Made by a program: the position numbers and the translations under genes
The notes under the pieces: generated by a model
What the model saw: only the letters and a program-made list of their open reading frames with translations
Told to the model about the DNA's origin: nothing
The model's database searches: none
In this document: piece by piece, positions 1-13,709 of the stretch
Position numbering within the stretch: position 1 is the stretch's first letter
Layout: each line of letters opens with the position of its first letter
NCBI GenBank assembly: GCA_001662655.1
Contig: KV460214.1
Source of the DNA: Pseudogymnoascus verrucosus
Taxonomy: Eukaryota
Reading direction: 5' to 3' (one strand)
DNA length: 64,000 nucleotides

Positions 1-2579
1 CACCAGCCAGACAGCGAGGCCGACCACCCCGGCTGAGCGACTCCGACTCTTGCCTTCGCTTTCCCCTGCTCCAACAACCGACGGGGGGGAAGTTTGGGAG
101 GGTCGGAGGGGGCGGGACACAGCTCGAACCTTGGCCGCCCGCCCAGAGGTACAAGAACAGTACTCCCCATCCCGTACACAGCTCCAACTCCACCGCGCCA
201 GCGAATGGAGATGGCTGGCAAGCAAAGTGGGGCCAAGGAAGGCAAGCTTGCCTGGGATGGCGCTGAGCAGGAGGTGACCCCAGCGATCGTCTGAGCATCT
301 TAGTGTGGCGGCGTAAAAATGGACAGGGTTGGATGACAGCTCCTCTGTAATATTAGTAGCTTGGTCCTGGTGCGGAAAATGCTCGTAATCAGCATCACAG
401 GTCTTGGTGTTGGAGGGAGGCAGGGACGAAGGGGAGCTGGGCGGCGGCTTCGGATAATTGTTGTTCGGCGCTGTGCCATGTGTATGCGTGTGCCTATGAT
501 GCAGGTTGTACTACGGTGGTTTGGTACTGTACGTGCACCAACTGAAGCTACGGCGCTCCTTCCCTCCCGCCTTGAGAGAGCCCTTTTCAGGGTGCGCCGG
601 AAGGGGTCCCATCACCCATCAAAACCTCCATCCACCCCCCTCGCAAAAACCCCCCAGTGACTCCAACAACTGACCTACAAAGCCTGGTGCGAATCAAGGG
701 CTGGAAAAGGGTATCGCGGGATCGGGGGCGAGGTTGAAAGAGGGTTGCGCGCCTGGCCCTTCCCGATTGGCACCCAGCTGATCTGGAATCTCGCTCGCTC
801 GCTCGCTCGCCACAATGGGACGCCGCAGGATCTGTAGGAGTGATTACGTCCCGGCGCGGGATTAATGGCCTGGGCCAGCGCCGGCCATGCGCCTCTTGTG
901 TCACCCCACTGCTGCAGGACATGATGCACCAGCTCTGTTTGCTTGTTCCTCTTCCTGGTCCTTCCTGGGGGCTTTTGGTCACTTAGCGTGGAGAAGGGGC
1001 GTCATAGCTGTGTTTGTTGGAATGTGGGTTACTTGTTGTAGTTATTTTTAACGTTCGTTTGTCCTACGGAAACCCGGGAGTGGAGGGACACTTGGACGTT
1101 TAACGTTGACTTGTCAGATTGAGTGGAATGGCCGCCGACCAGGCGGCCAGGCAGAGCTATTCGCCCTGTAGCTCGAGGAATCGGGCAAAGCGTCAGTGGC
1201 GCCAATGGGTGGATGGCGCTATGTCTTGCGCCTATTCAGAGAAAAAATAGGTTTGGTCATGGGACGGCTGACACGAGTTGAGACTTCTTCATTCACGCCC
1301 TTATTATGGTTCCATCCAGGGCCCGTGAGACAAAGACTCAGCGGAGGGTCAGTTGTCTCAGTAAACGAGAGACGGTCTCTTGCTAGCCATGTCTTGCCTT
1401 GAGCGCGGAATCCAGTAGAATCGCACGACGTCGAAAATCGAAAAAGAGTGTGCCTGGCAAGCTCACCTTCCACAGCTCTGGTTGGAGTTCTTCGATCGCG
1501 CGTGCATGCAGACGTTGGTAGCCTTGCATCCAACAGGCCACTCGATTCGACAACGATGAGCTCTGCATCCAACAGTTTTTCCAACAGCTCCAAACTGTCA
1601 AGCCCAAGCCCAAGCCCCCCCATCCCACCCAAGCCCCATCACGTCCCATCACATCCCATCCAGACACGGCTAAACCCTTTGCATATGGCTCAGAGGAGCA
1701 ATGCCATGTGTTCCCAATAACGTCGCGACATTCCTGTGCGATGGGCCGCGGACGGTGGTCTGCCCAAGCGACAGGGGCGCCGGGCCCGCACACAGCGTCA
1801 TTGATCGGCAGCGATGGAACCCCTACGGTGGGATTGTCGAGAAGATGGCTGGTCAACAGCTAATCAGCTCCCTCGTTTCTGAGGCTCCCCCTTGCGACTA
1901 GGACGGAATTGATGTCCAAGGTCGGTTTTTGATCCTGGACAATCAATGCCAAGTCGGACATTGGAGCAAACCAGCGGTCCGTGTTTACGAAGCCGGGTCG
2001 GTCACCTTTCGCTAGGTCGCCGCCGCCGCTAACCAGCTCGCGCACAATGGGAAATTCAAATGGATGGCATATACAGTACGAAGGTAGTGAGGCTATTGAA
2101 GAGCGTTGTATGTGTGTTTGCTTTGCATTAACCTACATTCTTAGTATAGTGTGGTGCTTATAGATGCTTATTGGGCATAATATAATCCCTCTCCCATCGT
2201 GCTTCACAACAGCTAAGCAACCAAAGCAAGCATCAAGGAAGCAAGCAAAACAAGAAGCCTGAGGTGTTACTACTGTTACTACTGCTACTACTGATACGAC
2301 TCTACTACTGCACGGCATGCACGCACGCACCACCCCAAAACAGCCGATTCGCACACCCACAGACCCACCCAATCACGGGGCCGCCCCATCCTGCAAATAC
2401 GTCAACGCCCACAGGCACAAGCCGCTAAGACTCGCTCCGCTCCCACGCACGTCCTCGCACTACAGAGAGGAGGACGAGTACTTTCGGAGTACACAGCGCA
2501 GTACACAGCAATAGTAAAATACTGTACGCTGGTACATACGGCATACAAACATTCAGTACAGAAACACGCATTTACGGGC

Positions 2580-2685
2580 ACCAGCATCACTAACTGCCAC
2601 TACTTCCACTGCTGCCACCACTAACTGCCACTGCCACCACTGCCACATTACCCTGCCACCACTACCATTACCACTACCACCACCG
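2580..2685. repeat. Degenerate (CAC/CAT/TAC/TGC)n trinucleotide tract
   Basis: cactgccaccactgccacattaccctgccaccactaccattaccactaccaccacc; a related (TAC)n-like tract lies at ~2267-2310. Confidence 0.8.
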
Positions 2686-5386
2686 CGACACGACCGCCCA
2701 CCCGCCAACGGGGGTGCCGCCCTCACTGTGATGCAGCCAGCCCGATGCAGTCGAATTTCCATCTGGGAACATCCCAAAGACGGCTACCTACCTGCGCCCG
2801 TGCGTGACCCTTGGGGCTGGAAAAGACAAATAAACGCACAGAACTGCAAGTTATGAGTAAGTTAAGTAGGTACTCTACGTAAGGGCGCGGCGGGAGGGTA
2901 CGGTACGATTACGGAGGGTTGGGAGGGAACTGCTGAGGGCGTTGAGGATGGGATGGGAATGGGGTTCCAATATTGGATTGCGCCGGTGGCACGGCGGATC
3001 CGTGGCGTCGCCGCCCCATGCGAGCTAGCGGCGCGGATAGGGGGCTCGTGACCGCCCCGCCCGCGTGCGCTGATGCACCCTCGCCAGTTCCTCATCCGTC
3101 GTCGGGGCTTCGTGTGTGATGGATGGAGGGATGGGGGGAGGGATGGGAGAGGAGGCGGAGTGGACGAGGGCGGCCCTGGCTGCGTGTACGTACGTGTACT
3201 GTACGTACGGAGTACTACTGTACAGCACAGGATGCATAAGCCGGACGCGCGAATGTATCCCATCCCCCCAGGGGTGGAGCCAATGATAACACGTGAGGAA
3301 TGCAGGTAGGTAAGGGTGTGAGGCGTTGGATTGTTAAGCGCCGGAGCCTGCGATAAAAGATAGGCGGCTTCACTATCACCACTGCATTTGCATTCCTGGC
3401 CAGATCCGGGGACAACAGGCACACGGTAAGCAAGGAAAGGAATGGAATCCCCTCCTCCTTCCTCTGACCGCCCCTTCGCCCCGGTCGTATGCCAATATCT
3501 AAATCCCCATCCCCCCCTCATCCCCCCCTCATCCCCCTTTCACCCTCCAACGGCGCTTAGCACAACCACTCACAACCCCCTCACTGGCACCTCAAACCAC
3601 ACACCCGCACACCCAGCAACAGTCCATACCAGTAGTCCCAGCACCTCCCCTCCCGCAAAAACCAACAGGCCGCCCGTATTGTATCTACATCCATCCGTAC
3701 GACACCCCCCCTTCCCTCACAAACTCTCCGCTCCAAACCGCTCCCCTCCCCCCTCTCCTCAAGATCCCAAACCCTGCGCCCACCCGCGCCGTTTCGCTGC
3801 CGACATGTGAGCCCCGTGTGCCACAGCGTCGCACTGGAATGCGGGCTCACCTCTATCTAGCGAGCGCGCGCGCGTGGTGGCACGGCCGGACACGCACCCT
3901 GTCCGGGGGACTGTGTCTGTGCGAGTGCCGCCTCATGCCGACTCTGGCCTCAAGGGGGGGAGGGGAGGGGGTCTCAAATCCCGAGAAGACTGCAGGTTGT
4001 TATTTATTTTTGGGAGCGCTGACACGCGTGATGGGGATGGGGATGGGGATGGGGGGTGAGATTTGTTATTCCCGAGTCGTTTCCAGAGCACCCTCGATTG
4101 ATATCCAGTGGGCTGGGAGGAGCTGGGATGGGATTATAAAGCTTACAGGAGAGTGAAGAGGATGTATGTACCATACCTACACCACAGCACGTATTGTGTA
4201 TCACCCCCCCTCCATCCCTCGCCGGAGAAAAAAATCCTCACATCACACCTCCCTCCCTCCCCCTCCACCCCGTGCACCACCACCCCCCTCTCTCAAACCC
4301 GCCACGGCCTCGCCCTCCCTCCCGACCAACGCCTCAGCCCTCCCTCCCCCAAGCCACCGCACGGCGGTACAGCTATGTATGTATGTAATCAGTAACACAA
4401 CCCGCCCACCCCGAAACACACATAACACACCACCCATCCCCCATCCATCCCCTAGCATCAGCATCCCGCATCGAGCGTCCTGCATCGCGATAAACCAGGT
4501 GAGAATGAAAATTTCTTTACGCCGCACGCACTGCACTGCGCTGCACTGCACGGAGGGCGCGCACGGGGCGGGGGGTGGCGCCGGTTGGGTGGTGGCGGAC
4601 AGGCCTGCTGGGGGCTGCGAGGATTGCCGCTGTAAGCGGTTTAAAGAGGTATCACGTGTAGGCGGCGATCTAGGCTCTGGTCTGGGGGGAGAAGATCGGG
4701 GGGGGCTGGGGATGGTGAGATGGGTGAGGGTGAGGATGGATACGGTGAGTGAGTGCCGTGGACCTGGACTGTTGCCAGCCAGGCTGGGGACAGGGAGTGA
4801 GAATCGACCTCCCCAGCCGAGCCGCGTGTTCAACGGCCAGTCTCGGTCAACCACCACCCCCTTCCCTGCGATCGATCGTGATCCATCCCACTCTCACCGG
4901 GTGCATGGATAGCCCAGTCTCGCCTCCCCCCCGCGCCACGGACCGGTGAACCAAAGCCTCACCTCAGCCGACACCGTCAGCGCCCGGTTGCAGGCCACGC
5001 CGTGTTTCGGGTATGGCACGGCACGCAACAACGTGGTGCGGACGGGGAGATTCTAGATCGCGGACAGCCGGGAAGACACGAGGTGTAGAACCCGGACTAT
5101 CGACGCCAGGACCTAGATAGGCTCGGGTCGCGAGGGCGGCGGCGCCACCAACGCGAGGTGGTGGGAGGGATGAGACATGGAAGGTGAGACTGGGCGGCTG
5201 GGCTGACGAGAGAACGGGGAGATGGGGAACGGATCCGCGGAGCAAGTGGAGGCGGCTGCGGGTGTATCCCGATGGGGATGGGGGAAGGAAGGGGTGGTCT
5301 CGGGAGTGGGAATGGGTGGTTGTGGTTGTGGTGATTGTGCCGATGGATGGATGGGGGGTCGGGGTCGGTGAGGGGAGGAGGGCGGA

Positions 5387-5440
5387 GAGTCGGTGTGCGA
5401 GGCTGGGGGGTAGGGCCGGGAGTCGGTGTGCGAGGCTGGG
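5387..5440. repeat. Perfect 21-bp direct repeat, 33-bp period
   Basis: GAGTCGGTGTGCGAGGCTGGG at 5387-5407 and 5420-5440. Confidence 0.9.
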
Positions 5441-6130
5441 CTGGGAGTGAGGAGGGGCGGAGAGGGAAGAAGTGGGCGGATAATACGATAGGAACGCGGT
5501 GATGAGGCGTGCATGCTTGAGCGGTCACTGGAGTTAGAAGGCTGGGCCATGTAGAAGACCGAACGGGGTTGTGGGCCCAGGTACCATCACATCCTGATGC
5601 AGGGGCACTCAATATCCAGAGACAATGTTTCGTTGCTATTCGTACAAGTATCTATCTACAAGCCGCACAGCACCAACCCCTCGCCGCCTCAGCCCATCCA
5701 TGACGCGCAGAGCAAGAGTAACAGAGAGAGAGAGAACAAAAAAAGGACGCAGGGCACGCGCGCGAGGGCCACCAAAACGTAAAGCTAGTATACAACCGAA
5801 GATTCGAGAGCGTGCGTGCCGGCCCGTCCGTGTCAGTCTATGGAGGAAAGATGGAAAATGATGTGTCGTCAACCCGTCCGTATCCCGTATGCAAACCCTG
5901 ATTAACCGAAACTAAGAGACAAGAAATGGATGATGGTGGTACGAGCACGCGCGTGCCTGCGATGTTTTTTGCGAGGTAGGCGAGAGGCGGCGGAAGGGGG
6001 GTTTTTTATAATAAGACAGGTTGAGAAAGCGGGTGGAGGGTGCCGCTATGTGAAGAGGTGGTTGTCGAGGTGTGGATGAACGAGGGCGAGGTGGAGAGTT
6101 GTGCGGGAGGGGAGGTGAAGGGTGAGTTGC

Positions 6131-7343
6131 TTAGAATGGGATTTGAGCCATTGGCTGTCCCTGGGAGAGTTCTTGCTGCTCCTGGAGCTCCTCGTTGCTG
6201 GCCTCGATGGAGACGGAAAGACCGATCTTGGCTTGTTGCTGTGGGTGAGGCAGTCAGTATATGCATTCATTGAGTAAGAAAGGAGTCAGGGGGGGGTCAA
6301 CTAACCTTGAAGTGATCCATATCAGCGGCGAAGGTGATCTGAACTGGTGGTGCAACGCGCTTCTCCCACAGACAGCTGAGCTTGCCGGTCGAGTCAACCT
6401 GTGCCCTGAAAGTAGACATGTGGAAAGCGTATTTCGCGCCGACAGTGGTGACGCCCTCCTTGCTTGGTCCTCCCATCATGGGGTTTCCGCCCTGGAGGGC
6501 AAGGTTGAGGTCAACACCGGCCTCGACCTTCTCGGACAGCCTCCTCCAGTACGATGTTTGGAGGACACCCTGTGCCTGGAGCTGAGCAGACGCGATCCAG
6601 TCGCTGCCCTTGTACTTGGCGCAGTATGAGATCGCGGTCTCTGGGCCCTGGTTCAGGGCTGCGCGCTGCCAGACACCCTCGAGTCCGAGAGCAAGGCTGG
6701 GGGTAACAGATTGGAGGTAGCTAGCGATGAAGATACCGGTAAGGCCACCCTCGATGATCGATGGGTTGACAGTCTTGAGGGATGCGGTGAAGTCGCTGCC
6801 GACGTACTCGGTATCGATTTGTGCCATTGCCTGGGCCTGGCCCGGTGCAATTTGGATGTTTGTCTTCGTAGTTAATTGAGGGCTCCAGCGGTAGTTGGCG
6901 CGTGCCATCAGTTGTCCTTCATTGTCAACGTTTCCCTGGAGGAAGACCTATAAAAATTGTCAGCATCGTGTCATCAGAGTCGCCATCGCCGCAACTAAAT
7001 GCTAATCATTGTATCAACGTACCTTGCCTGTGCCGTAAAGGGCAGCAAATGTGTATGGGGGCAGCCCCTGTGATCCCATGGCAAAGGCATGGGAAACTTG
7101 GAATAATGGCGCAACGCTGAACGCCTTCGTGAGATCCGCACGTAGACCAGTGAAGGTATAGTTTGTGAGGAACACCTCCCTTTGGACCTCCTTCGCAATG
7201 TTATCCACCGTACCCGGGTTCGATAGCCCCAAAGCCTCTCTCCTGGCGGAAAAGGTTTGGTAGGAATCTAACAGGGCGTTGGTGATGGCATTGTTCTTGA
7301 GGAACGCCAGAGGCGACTCCTTCTCCAGCCCAATGGAAGACAT
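6131..7343 (-). CDS. TOM40: Mitochondrial outer-membrane import channel Tom40 (3 exons: 7343-7023, 6947-6306, 6238-6131)
   Basis: Spliced protein [11 protein letters not shown]...[16 protein letters not shown]...GLRADLTK...[21 protein letters not shown]...[12 protein letters not shown]...[12 protein letters not shown]...IPF*; GT-AG introns with branch sites restore the frame. Confidence 0.97.
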
Positions 7344-7949
7344 TATCGCACAGCTGAAAATTAAAAGAGGGAGGTGGAAGGGCGCGGTCCGAGGTGGTCG
7401 TTGGATAGAAGCGGGTGGTCGTAATATGCTCCGGCCTTGAGGTCGCCAATATCTTTTTCTCAAGGAGATGACTGTTGTGGCCTGAGGCGCCAAGGCCAAC
7501 CAAGTTAGGACCGAACGTGAGTGGCGTATTTACTAAATAGCTAATCGTCTCTATCTTATCGGGTAGTTCATTTGATAGCTCGACGATGGCAAAAGTAACC
7601 CCATTGACCTCATAGATTCTTCATTTATAAACAAACGCCAGCTGCCTGTGTTCAAATTGCTTGTGTTATTCATCTTGTGAGTTCTTTCACCAATTTGCAT
7701 TCTTGGTACTAATGCCCGTGAAGTTACACCACAAAGAGCAATATACCGCCCTATAATAAGCAAGTCATCGCTCTTCTGAGCATGAACCACGCCTACAACT
7801 CCTTGTAGACTTGGTCAATTGCCGTTTGGAGATCAGTCTTGCTTCAAACTTTGCTTAGTTTGGCTTTGCCTTCTAACGAGACCTATTGTTCTGTTATAGA
7901 AACTAGTGTCGTCATCTGACGCCTGACGAGGGCTCCAGATCCTGTAACC

Positions 7950-10247
7950 ATGGACACCTTACTGTGAGTTGTTTTCAATCATTCACTTAACCTCGTTCTG
8001 GACTTTGAATATTCCATCGACACTGTCTGTGTTTGCCTCTTTTGTCCTGGGCATGATTCTGGTTAAGAATTTTCCCTCAAAGTGGCCAAGCCTATATCAC
8101 TTCGGCTGAGATCTTGGCTGTTCCAAATGGCCTTCTCGGAGCTGCTTTGATACAGGAGCCACAATCTTGAATGATAAAAGGCTACCTATCCTCTTGCGTC
8201 TAGTATAGTCTAGAATGATAGTCATTGGATCTAGCAGAGACCGCTACGTGTCTTGTTACTAACATAGACACAGCACTGCAGAGATAGCTGCGAATTCTCC
8301 AAGGTACCGGAGAAGATCAAGCACTTTCATCGATGGGGTACACGATCTTCCAGATGAGTCCGAGAAGAACGAGTTGGCACCGGCCCAACTTTATAGTACG
8401 ATGTCTGGCCGGCTCTTCCACTCTGGTAGAATTGTCATTGTACTAGTTGGGCCTCCTGCTCGTGGGAAAACGTGAGCTCATTCTGCTAATTCCCCGTTAT
8501 TGTCGCTAACCTACTAGGCACATTTCCGTTTCCCTGGCTAGATACTTGAGATGGTAAGTTTAAGACATACTATGCAGGCATTTTCATGCTAAAATAAATA
8601 TAGGTTGGGCGTGAAGACCAGAATATTCCATTTGGGTGATTACCGCCGTGCCACTCTTGAACCGGGCAAGGAGCTCCCAGAAGATTACTTCTTCATCCGC
8701 GCGTCTCCTGAATCTGTCCTTTTGCGTCAGAGAATTCTCAAGAGGTGCCGTGGAGACATCTATAACTGGCTCAACCATGAGAATGGCCAGGTTGCGATTT
8801 ATGATGCGGTCAACCCTCTGGCATCCGGCCGACGTTCTCTAGCAAAAGAGTTTGCAAAACATGATGTACAGGTATGTGTCCATAAATTATGATGCCCGTT
8901 ACGCTTTATTTTCGAATACTCTAACCCAGAATAGACCTTGTTTCTTGAATCATATGTAACAGACGAGTCGATTCTCGAGGAAAATGCTCGTAGCGTTAAG
9001 ATCTCCTCACCAGACGTAAGTCAACTTCTCATTTCGTTTATCTATCAATGCTAATTCAAGGAAGTTTGCGAACTGGGACCCAAACGATGCTGCCAAAGAG
9101 TATCTGAGGAGAATTCTCACGAGAATTCCCGACTTCCAGACCATGGCGGAAAATGAACTCAACTTTGTGAAGTTAATCAACGCCGGTCAAAGAATTGAGA
9201 CAAACAATGTGAACTTCGGTTATCTCTCGATGAGAGTTGTGTTTTATTTAATGAACTTACATAACAAGAGCAAGAGGACATTCTTTGTCCGGGCAGGCAC
9301 CTCGCGAGAGGAGGACTCCTTTAAGGCGGATGCACACCTATCCCCGGAAGGCAAGGAATATTCAACCATCATGGGAGAAACCCTGTTAAAGCATAGAGAG
9401 AAGGACCATAAGGCCTATCTCGAAGCTGGTGGTACTGAAGCCGACCTAAAACCCCTGATTGTGTGGAGTTCGACTCGGAGGAGAACTGCTGAGACAGCTG
9501 ACTTCTTCGGCAATCGTGGATACACGGTCACCCAGAGGCCCCAGTTAAGTCAATTAAACCCGGGCGTCTGTGAGAAGATGCCAGAAGAGGCACTTCGTGC
9601 ACAGTATCCAGAAGAGGTCGCAAAACATGAGATTGACCCATACCACCACCGCTATCCGCGTGCTGAGGTAGGATCCATACCCTACATACACCAGCTTATA
9701 TTAATATTCTATAGTCATACCACGATGTCGCTGTTCGAATGGAACCTATCATTCTAGAGCTAGAGCGCGAGAAGAGTGACCTCCTTATCATTGCCCATGA
9801 ATCTGTCCTCCGAGTCCTGTACGGATATCTTATGGCCTGCGACGCAATGGCTATTCCCAAACTTCGCTTCCCTCGCGACGAGATTATCGAGGTCAGTCAG
9901 TCGCCTCCCCCTTCGTCAAATTCTTGCTAACACGCCTGTAGATCGTCCCTGCAAGTTACCAGAATGAAGCCAGGCGCATCCACATTCCCAATCTTCCACC
10001 TCATATCATCCCCTCCTCACCCGAAGACCTGAAACTTCCAGTTGTCATTAGTGGCATTGTCACTCCGAGCTCTGGCATAGGGTCTCCAGCTGAACCGGTC
10101 AAGGCGAGCCTTCATAACAATACCCTTAGAAGGATCCATGAAGGGGCAGTTAAGATCGTGGCCCCCGAGGAAGCGAAAGACTCGCTTCACGATACGATTC
10201 TCAAATCATTCGATGAAAAAACCCTCGAAAGGCTCCAGAACAAATAA
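7950..10247 (+). CDS. 6-phosphofructo-2-kinase/fructose-2,6-bisphosphatase family protein (8 exons; resembles the yeast YLR345W type)
   Basis: MDTLLTAEIAANSPRYRRRSSTF start, P-loop VGPPARGKT, IFHLGDYRR, AIYDAVN; C-terminal histidine-phosphatase-like domain (YHHRYPRAESY, LLIIAHESVLRVLYGY). Exons ~7950-7963, 8274-8471, 8518-8553, 8604-8871, 8935-9015, 9065-9667, 9715-9891, 9942-10247. Confidence 0.92.
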
Positions 10248-10779
10248 AACTGCGCGCTGGTTTATTATGGAATAAGCGTTGCTGATTGTTTACGATGAGA
10301 CGTTGAGAGACTGTATACGCACCCGGTCCACGTATGTCCAGTTCGCGCGTTAGGCGCGCCATTACACGATAACGGAGTCTCCAGCTACAAGGCTGTAAAG
10401 AGACCAAAATTGCTTGGAATAGGTGTTTGGATTATAGTCTTAGTTTATTAATTACCTTAGAGTCGTCCTTCAAATATTATACATGCTGCACGGATAGTTT
10501 GCGTTTTGATGCTTGCTCTTTTTGGAATGTGATAGCCACTTGCATCGCCCTTGCTGAAATAAGATAGACGATGAGTTTCAGATTGCCTGAGCCTTGTATT
10601 ATTATGTATCCCTATGATATAACAGGAAGCCCTCGAGCTTAGAAATCTTTATTCCTGCCCATATCCGTCCGAATGTGCAGAAATTCTCGACCAGCCAGGT
10701 CAGCCTGAATGTGTCCTAGTATACAATGCAACGCTCATCCCTTTCCGAGAATAAAAATACCACCCCCCCTCAAAACCCA

Positions 10780-13387
10780 TCATACATCGACCTCGACCTC
10801 CATCTCCCCCGCATCAGCCCCATTACTCTCATTAGCCGCCTTATTCCCGACCTCCACCAGGAACGCCTCCTCAACAGCCATCTTCCTCCTGAAGACACGC
10901 AGCCACTTCTCGCCCCACCTGCGAATAAATGCCTCATCAGTGGTCTCTCCAAGGCCCGCTTCTATGGCCTGGTCTTTGCTCCCACTAGCCCAGCTGAAGA
11001 GCGCGTCCTCCATGACCTTGAACATGTCCTTCATGGCCACCCTCTCCCTCAGCAGCGTCTCATCGAGTAAGAGGCGTTGCTCGTGTTCGAGACCCGGCGC
11101 ATTCCTCGACGCGACGATCTGGCGGAGTCGGTTCGTGACTTTCTGCACTGTGCCGGCAACCATCTCGAATACGAATGGCTCGGCGAGCTTGTCGCCTGCC
11201 TTGGTATCGTCCAGGAGCGCCCACTCGACGACACTGAGTGGTGTCAGGATGGTGTAGTTAAGCAGCTTATCAACGATGTTGACGCCGATGCCGGGCTGGT
11301 CGACCCAGTACGCCATGACGGATGTAATGATTTGGCGGCGCGCAGTCTCCGAGGTGTTTCCGATCGAAAGAAGACGCTCCTTGCAGCGCTCAATGCAGGA
11401 CAGAACGTGGGAAAGCGACTTTGATCCTATGTAGCAGATTGAAGTGACATAGGCATCTGTGGATGATAAAAGGGGCTCGTGGATGGCAATTGTCGTTGCT
11501 TGAGTGTGGATCTGGTCAATCACGGTCTGGATTTCTGGCTCGGGCGCTTTACGCTTGAGCAGAGTGTGGATTTCCCGCCCTTCGGCAGCAAAAGGGGTAT
11601 CTAGTTTGATCAGCTTAGTTTCTTGTAATAGCGCATGTTCCTTACCTTCATCGTTGTACTTGAAGTCTGGGGTATCCTTCTCTTTCCCTTCAGTGATAAG
11701 CGGTTGATATGGCTCAGGGAGAGTTCCCTTGATGCGCTGTGCAAAGCTCAGTCTGACCTCCTTGTCCAAAGCTCCCGCAATGAAAGCTTTCTTTGGGTGC
11801 AGTGGTGAGAGTTCGACATCATCAATCCACTCAGTCCACTTCCAGGTGAAACCGAAATTGCTCAGATGGTGCGCAAACCAGTCCATGAATCTATAACCAA
11901 GTTCCAGATCCATCTTATCGAAATTCCTGTACAGATAACGAATCGCACGTCCCAAACTAGGTGCAATGGCAGCGGGCGCGATCTTGCATGCCTCTGTGAG
12001 CACGGAATGGTAGTAGACGAGCTTATGCTCAGGGGTTGGCAGTTGGAAGAGCTGCGAGAAAACGGCATCGACGGCCACATCCTCGGGCTTCCAGGTTGAT
12101 CGGTCTCCCTCAATATCCTTTAACCTGTCGAAGGGCGTGGCTCTCTTGACGAAAGTGTCCGCTGTGAAATAACAGTCGATATCAATGAGATAACGGGCAG
12201 TGGCATTTCTATTAAAGTCCAAAATGTTGATGGTATCGATAATTGAGTCTCTGAGAATGCAAGACGCAATGTTTGTGATCGGAGGCACCGTCTCGATATC
12301 TTGGTTGGCATAAACTGAGAAGTAGATTTCCGGGAAAAGGGGCTTCTCGCCAGGGATCACGGCCTCTGGGATAGTAATGGGCGGCAGTGTGTGCTTTGTC
12401 GACGCAGCCAGAGGATCCTCCTCGTCTCCTGTAACTGGCATCTTCCACGGCCTCGGGATGCATGCGAGCACCCACCCATTAGCCGCCTCGTTCTGCAGCT
12501 GCTTTTGCAATAAACTGATGACGCTTGTTGGCTCGGCTGCTTCCTCAATGCCATTTCCTGGGTATGGGTCCACCAATGCCTCCAGTGGTGATGGTGTACC
12601 AGCCAGAATTTCTGTCTTGTCGAGGAGGGCCGCAGCCTGCTCCTGAGATTCGGTGGCAGAGGACGCCATGATGTATGGGATCGTAAATAGGATGACCTTG
12701 ACTAATTCCATTCCCAAAGTCTTTCATCGTTAGCTGCAAGCCTGCATAATTGATGACTTATGATAACTCACATCTTCGGAGGAAGCTGTTTGCAGATCAA
12801 CAGCTCTCTCAAAGAGCTCTGATAAAACGGGCCACACACCCTCATCGTTCAGAAGGCCTTGCAAACTCCCCAAAAACTTCAAGAGCAGCTTAACCTCCCT
12901 CCACTCTCCAAGGGCAACCTTCTTCTCAGTTTCTTCAGCCGCTTTCGTAAGGATCAATGCGACCGCCTCCTCGCCTCTGTTCATGCCATTCAGCACGACG
13001 ACAGTCGCCGCGACGAAGGGAATCTTGAAAGGCTGCTCGACCACAACCTGGAGAGTGAGGTCGATGTAAGAAGTTCGCATCTCGACATCGTCATAGTTGT
13101 CGGAAACCAGCTTAGCCAGTAAGTGGACTTCCTCTTCGACAGGCTTCAGTGGGGATTCGGCAATGGACAGCAGCTGTTTGCGCACCCTGACTGGCAGAGG
13201 CTCTTCGTAACGCCTGCGCTGAGGTCTGCGATCGAAGTCATCGTCATCTGCGCCCTGTGTCAGAAACCGCTTCTCATTCTCATTTATAGCTCCATTATAG
13301 ATCGGATATGCGCGTCTTACCTCTGTAACGCCTCTTCCTATTATCGTAACCACCACGGCCACGAGGTCTGCGATCGTAATCAGCCAT
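10780..13387 (-). CDS. CBP80: Nuclear cap-binding complex large subunit (Cbp80/Sto1/NCBP1), MIF4G-like domains
   Basis: N-terminal basic NLS (MADYDRRPRGRGGYDNRKRRYR), EQPFKIPF, LFQLPTPEHKLVYYHSVL, RFMDWFAHHLSNFGFTWKWTEW, IGSKSLSH motifs; probably 3 introns. Confidence 0.95.
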
Positions 13388-13709
13388 TGTGATAATACCG
13401 TTGGCGTTGATGCGTGGAATGTGAAGTCGTGTCAGGTCAAGCTTCTCAGATTTATTGACGTCTCGGGTTTAGATCCCTAGCAACCGCGAAATTCGCCCAA
13501 GCCCAATATGGTTTAGTCAATTTCGGTCACGTGCTCAATTTGAATTCACGCTCGCTAATTCGATAAAGGAAGGCTCGACCCTGGGCACGTAAATTGGCGC
13601 TAGCCTCCCAAGCGCTTGTCGCGGCTGTTCCCGACAATAATTTTGTAGCATCGCGGACGTGCCACGAGCGAAGGACGAGGATCTCGACCATTCCCCCAGC
13701 GCTCCCACC

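Noticed and set aside
50..6000. Many 60-250 aa Pro/Gly/His-rich ORFs on both strands
   Set aside because: Expected from stop-poor C- or G-skewed low-complexity DNA; no domains or consistent splice structure.
8052..8110. Possible C/D snoRNA in the 310-nt first intron of the PFK-2 gene (ATGATT...CTGA)
   Set aside because: Degenerate C box, no terminal stem, and only ~8 nt of possible rRNA complementarity.
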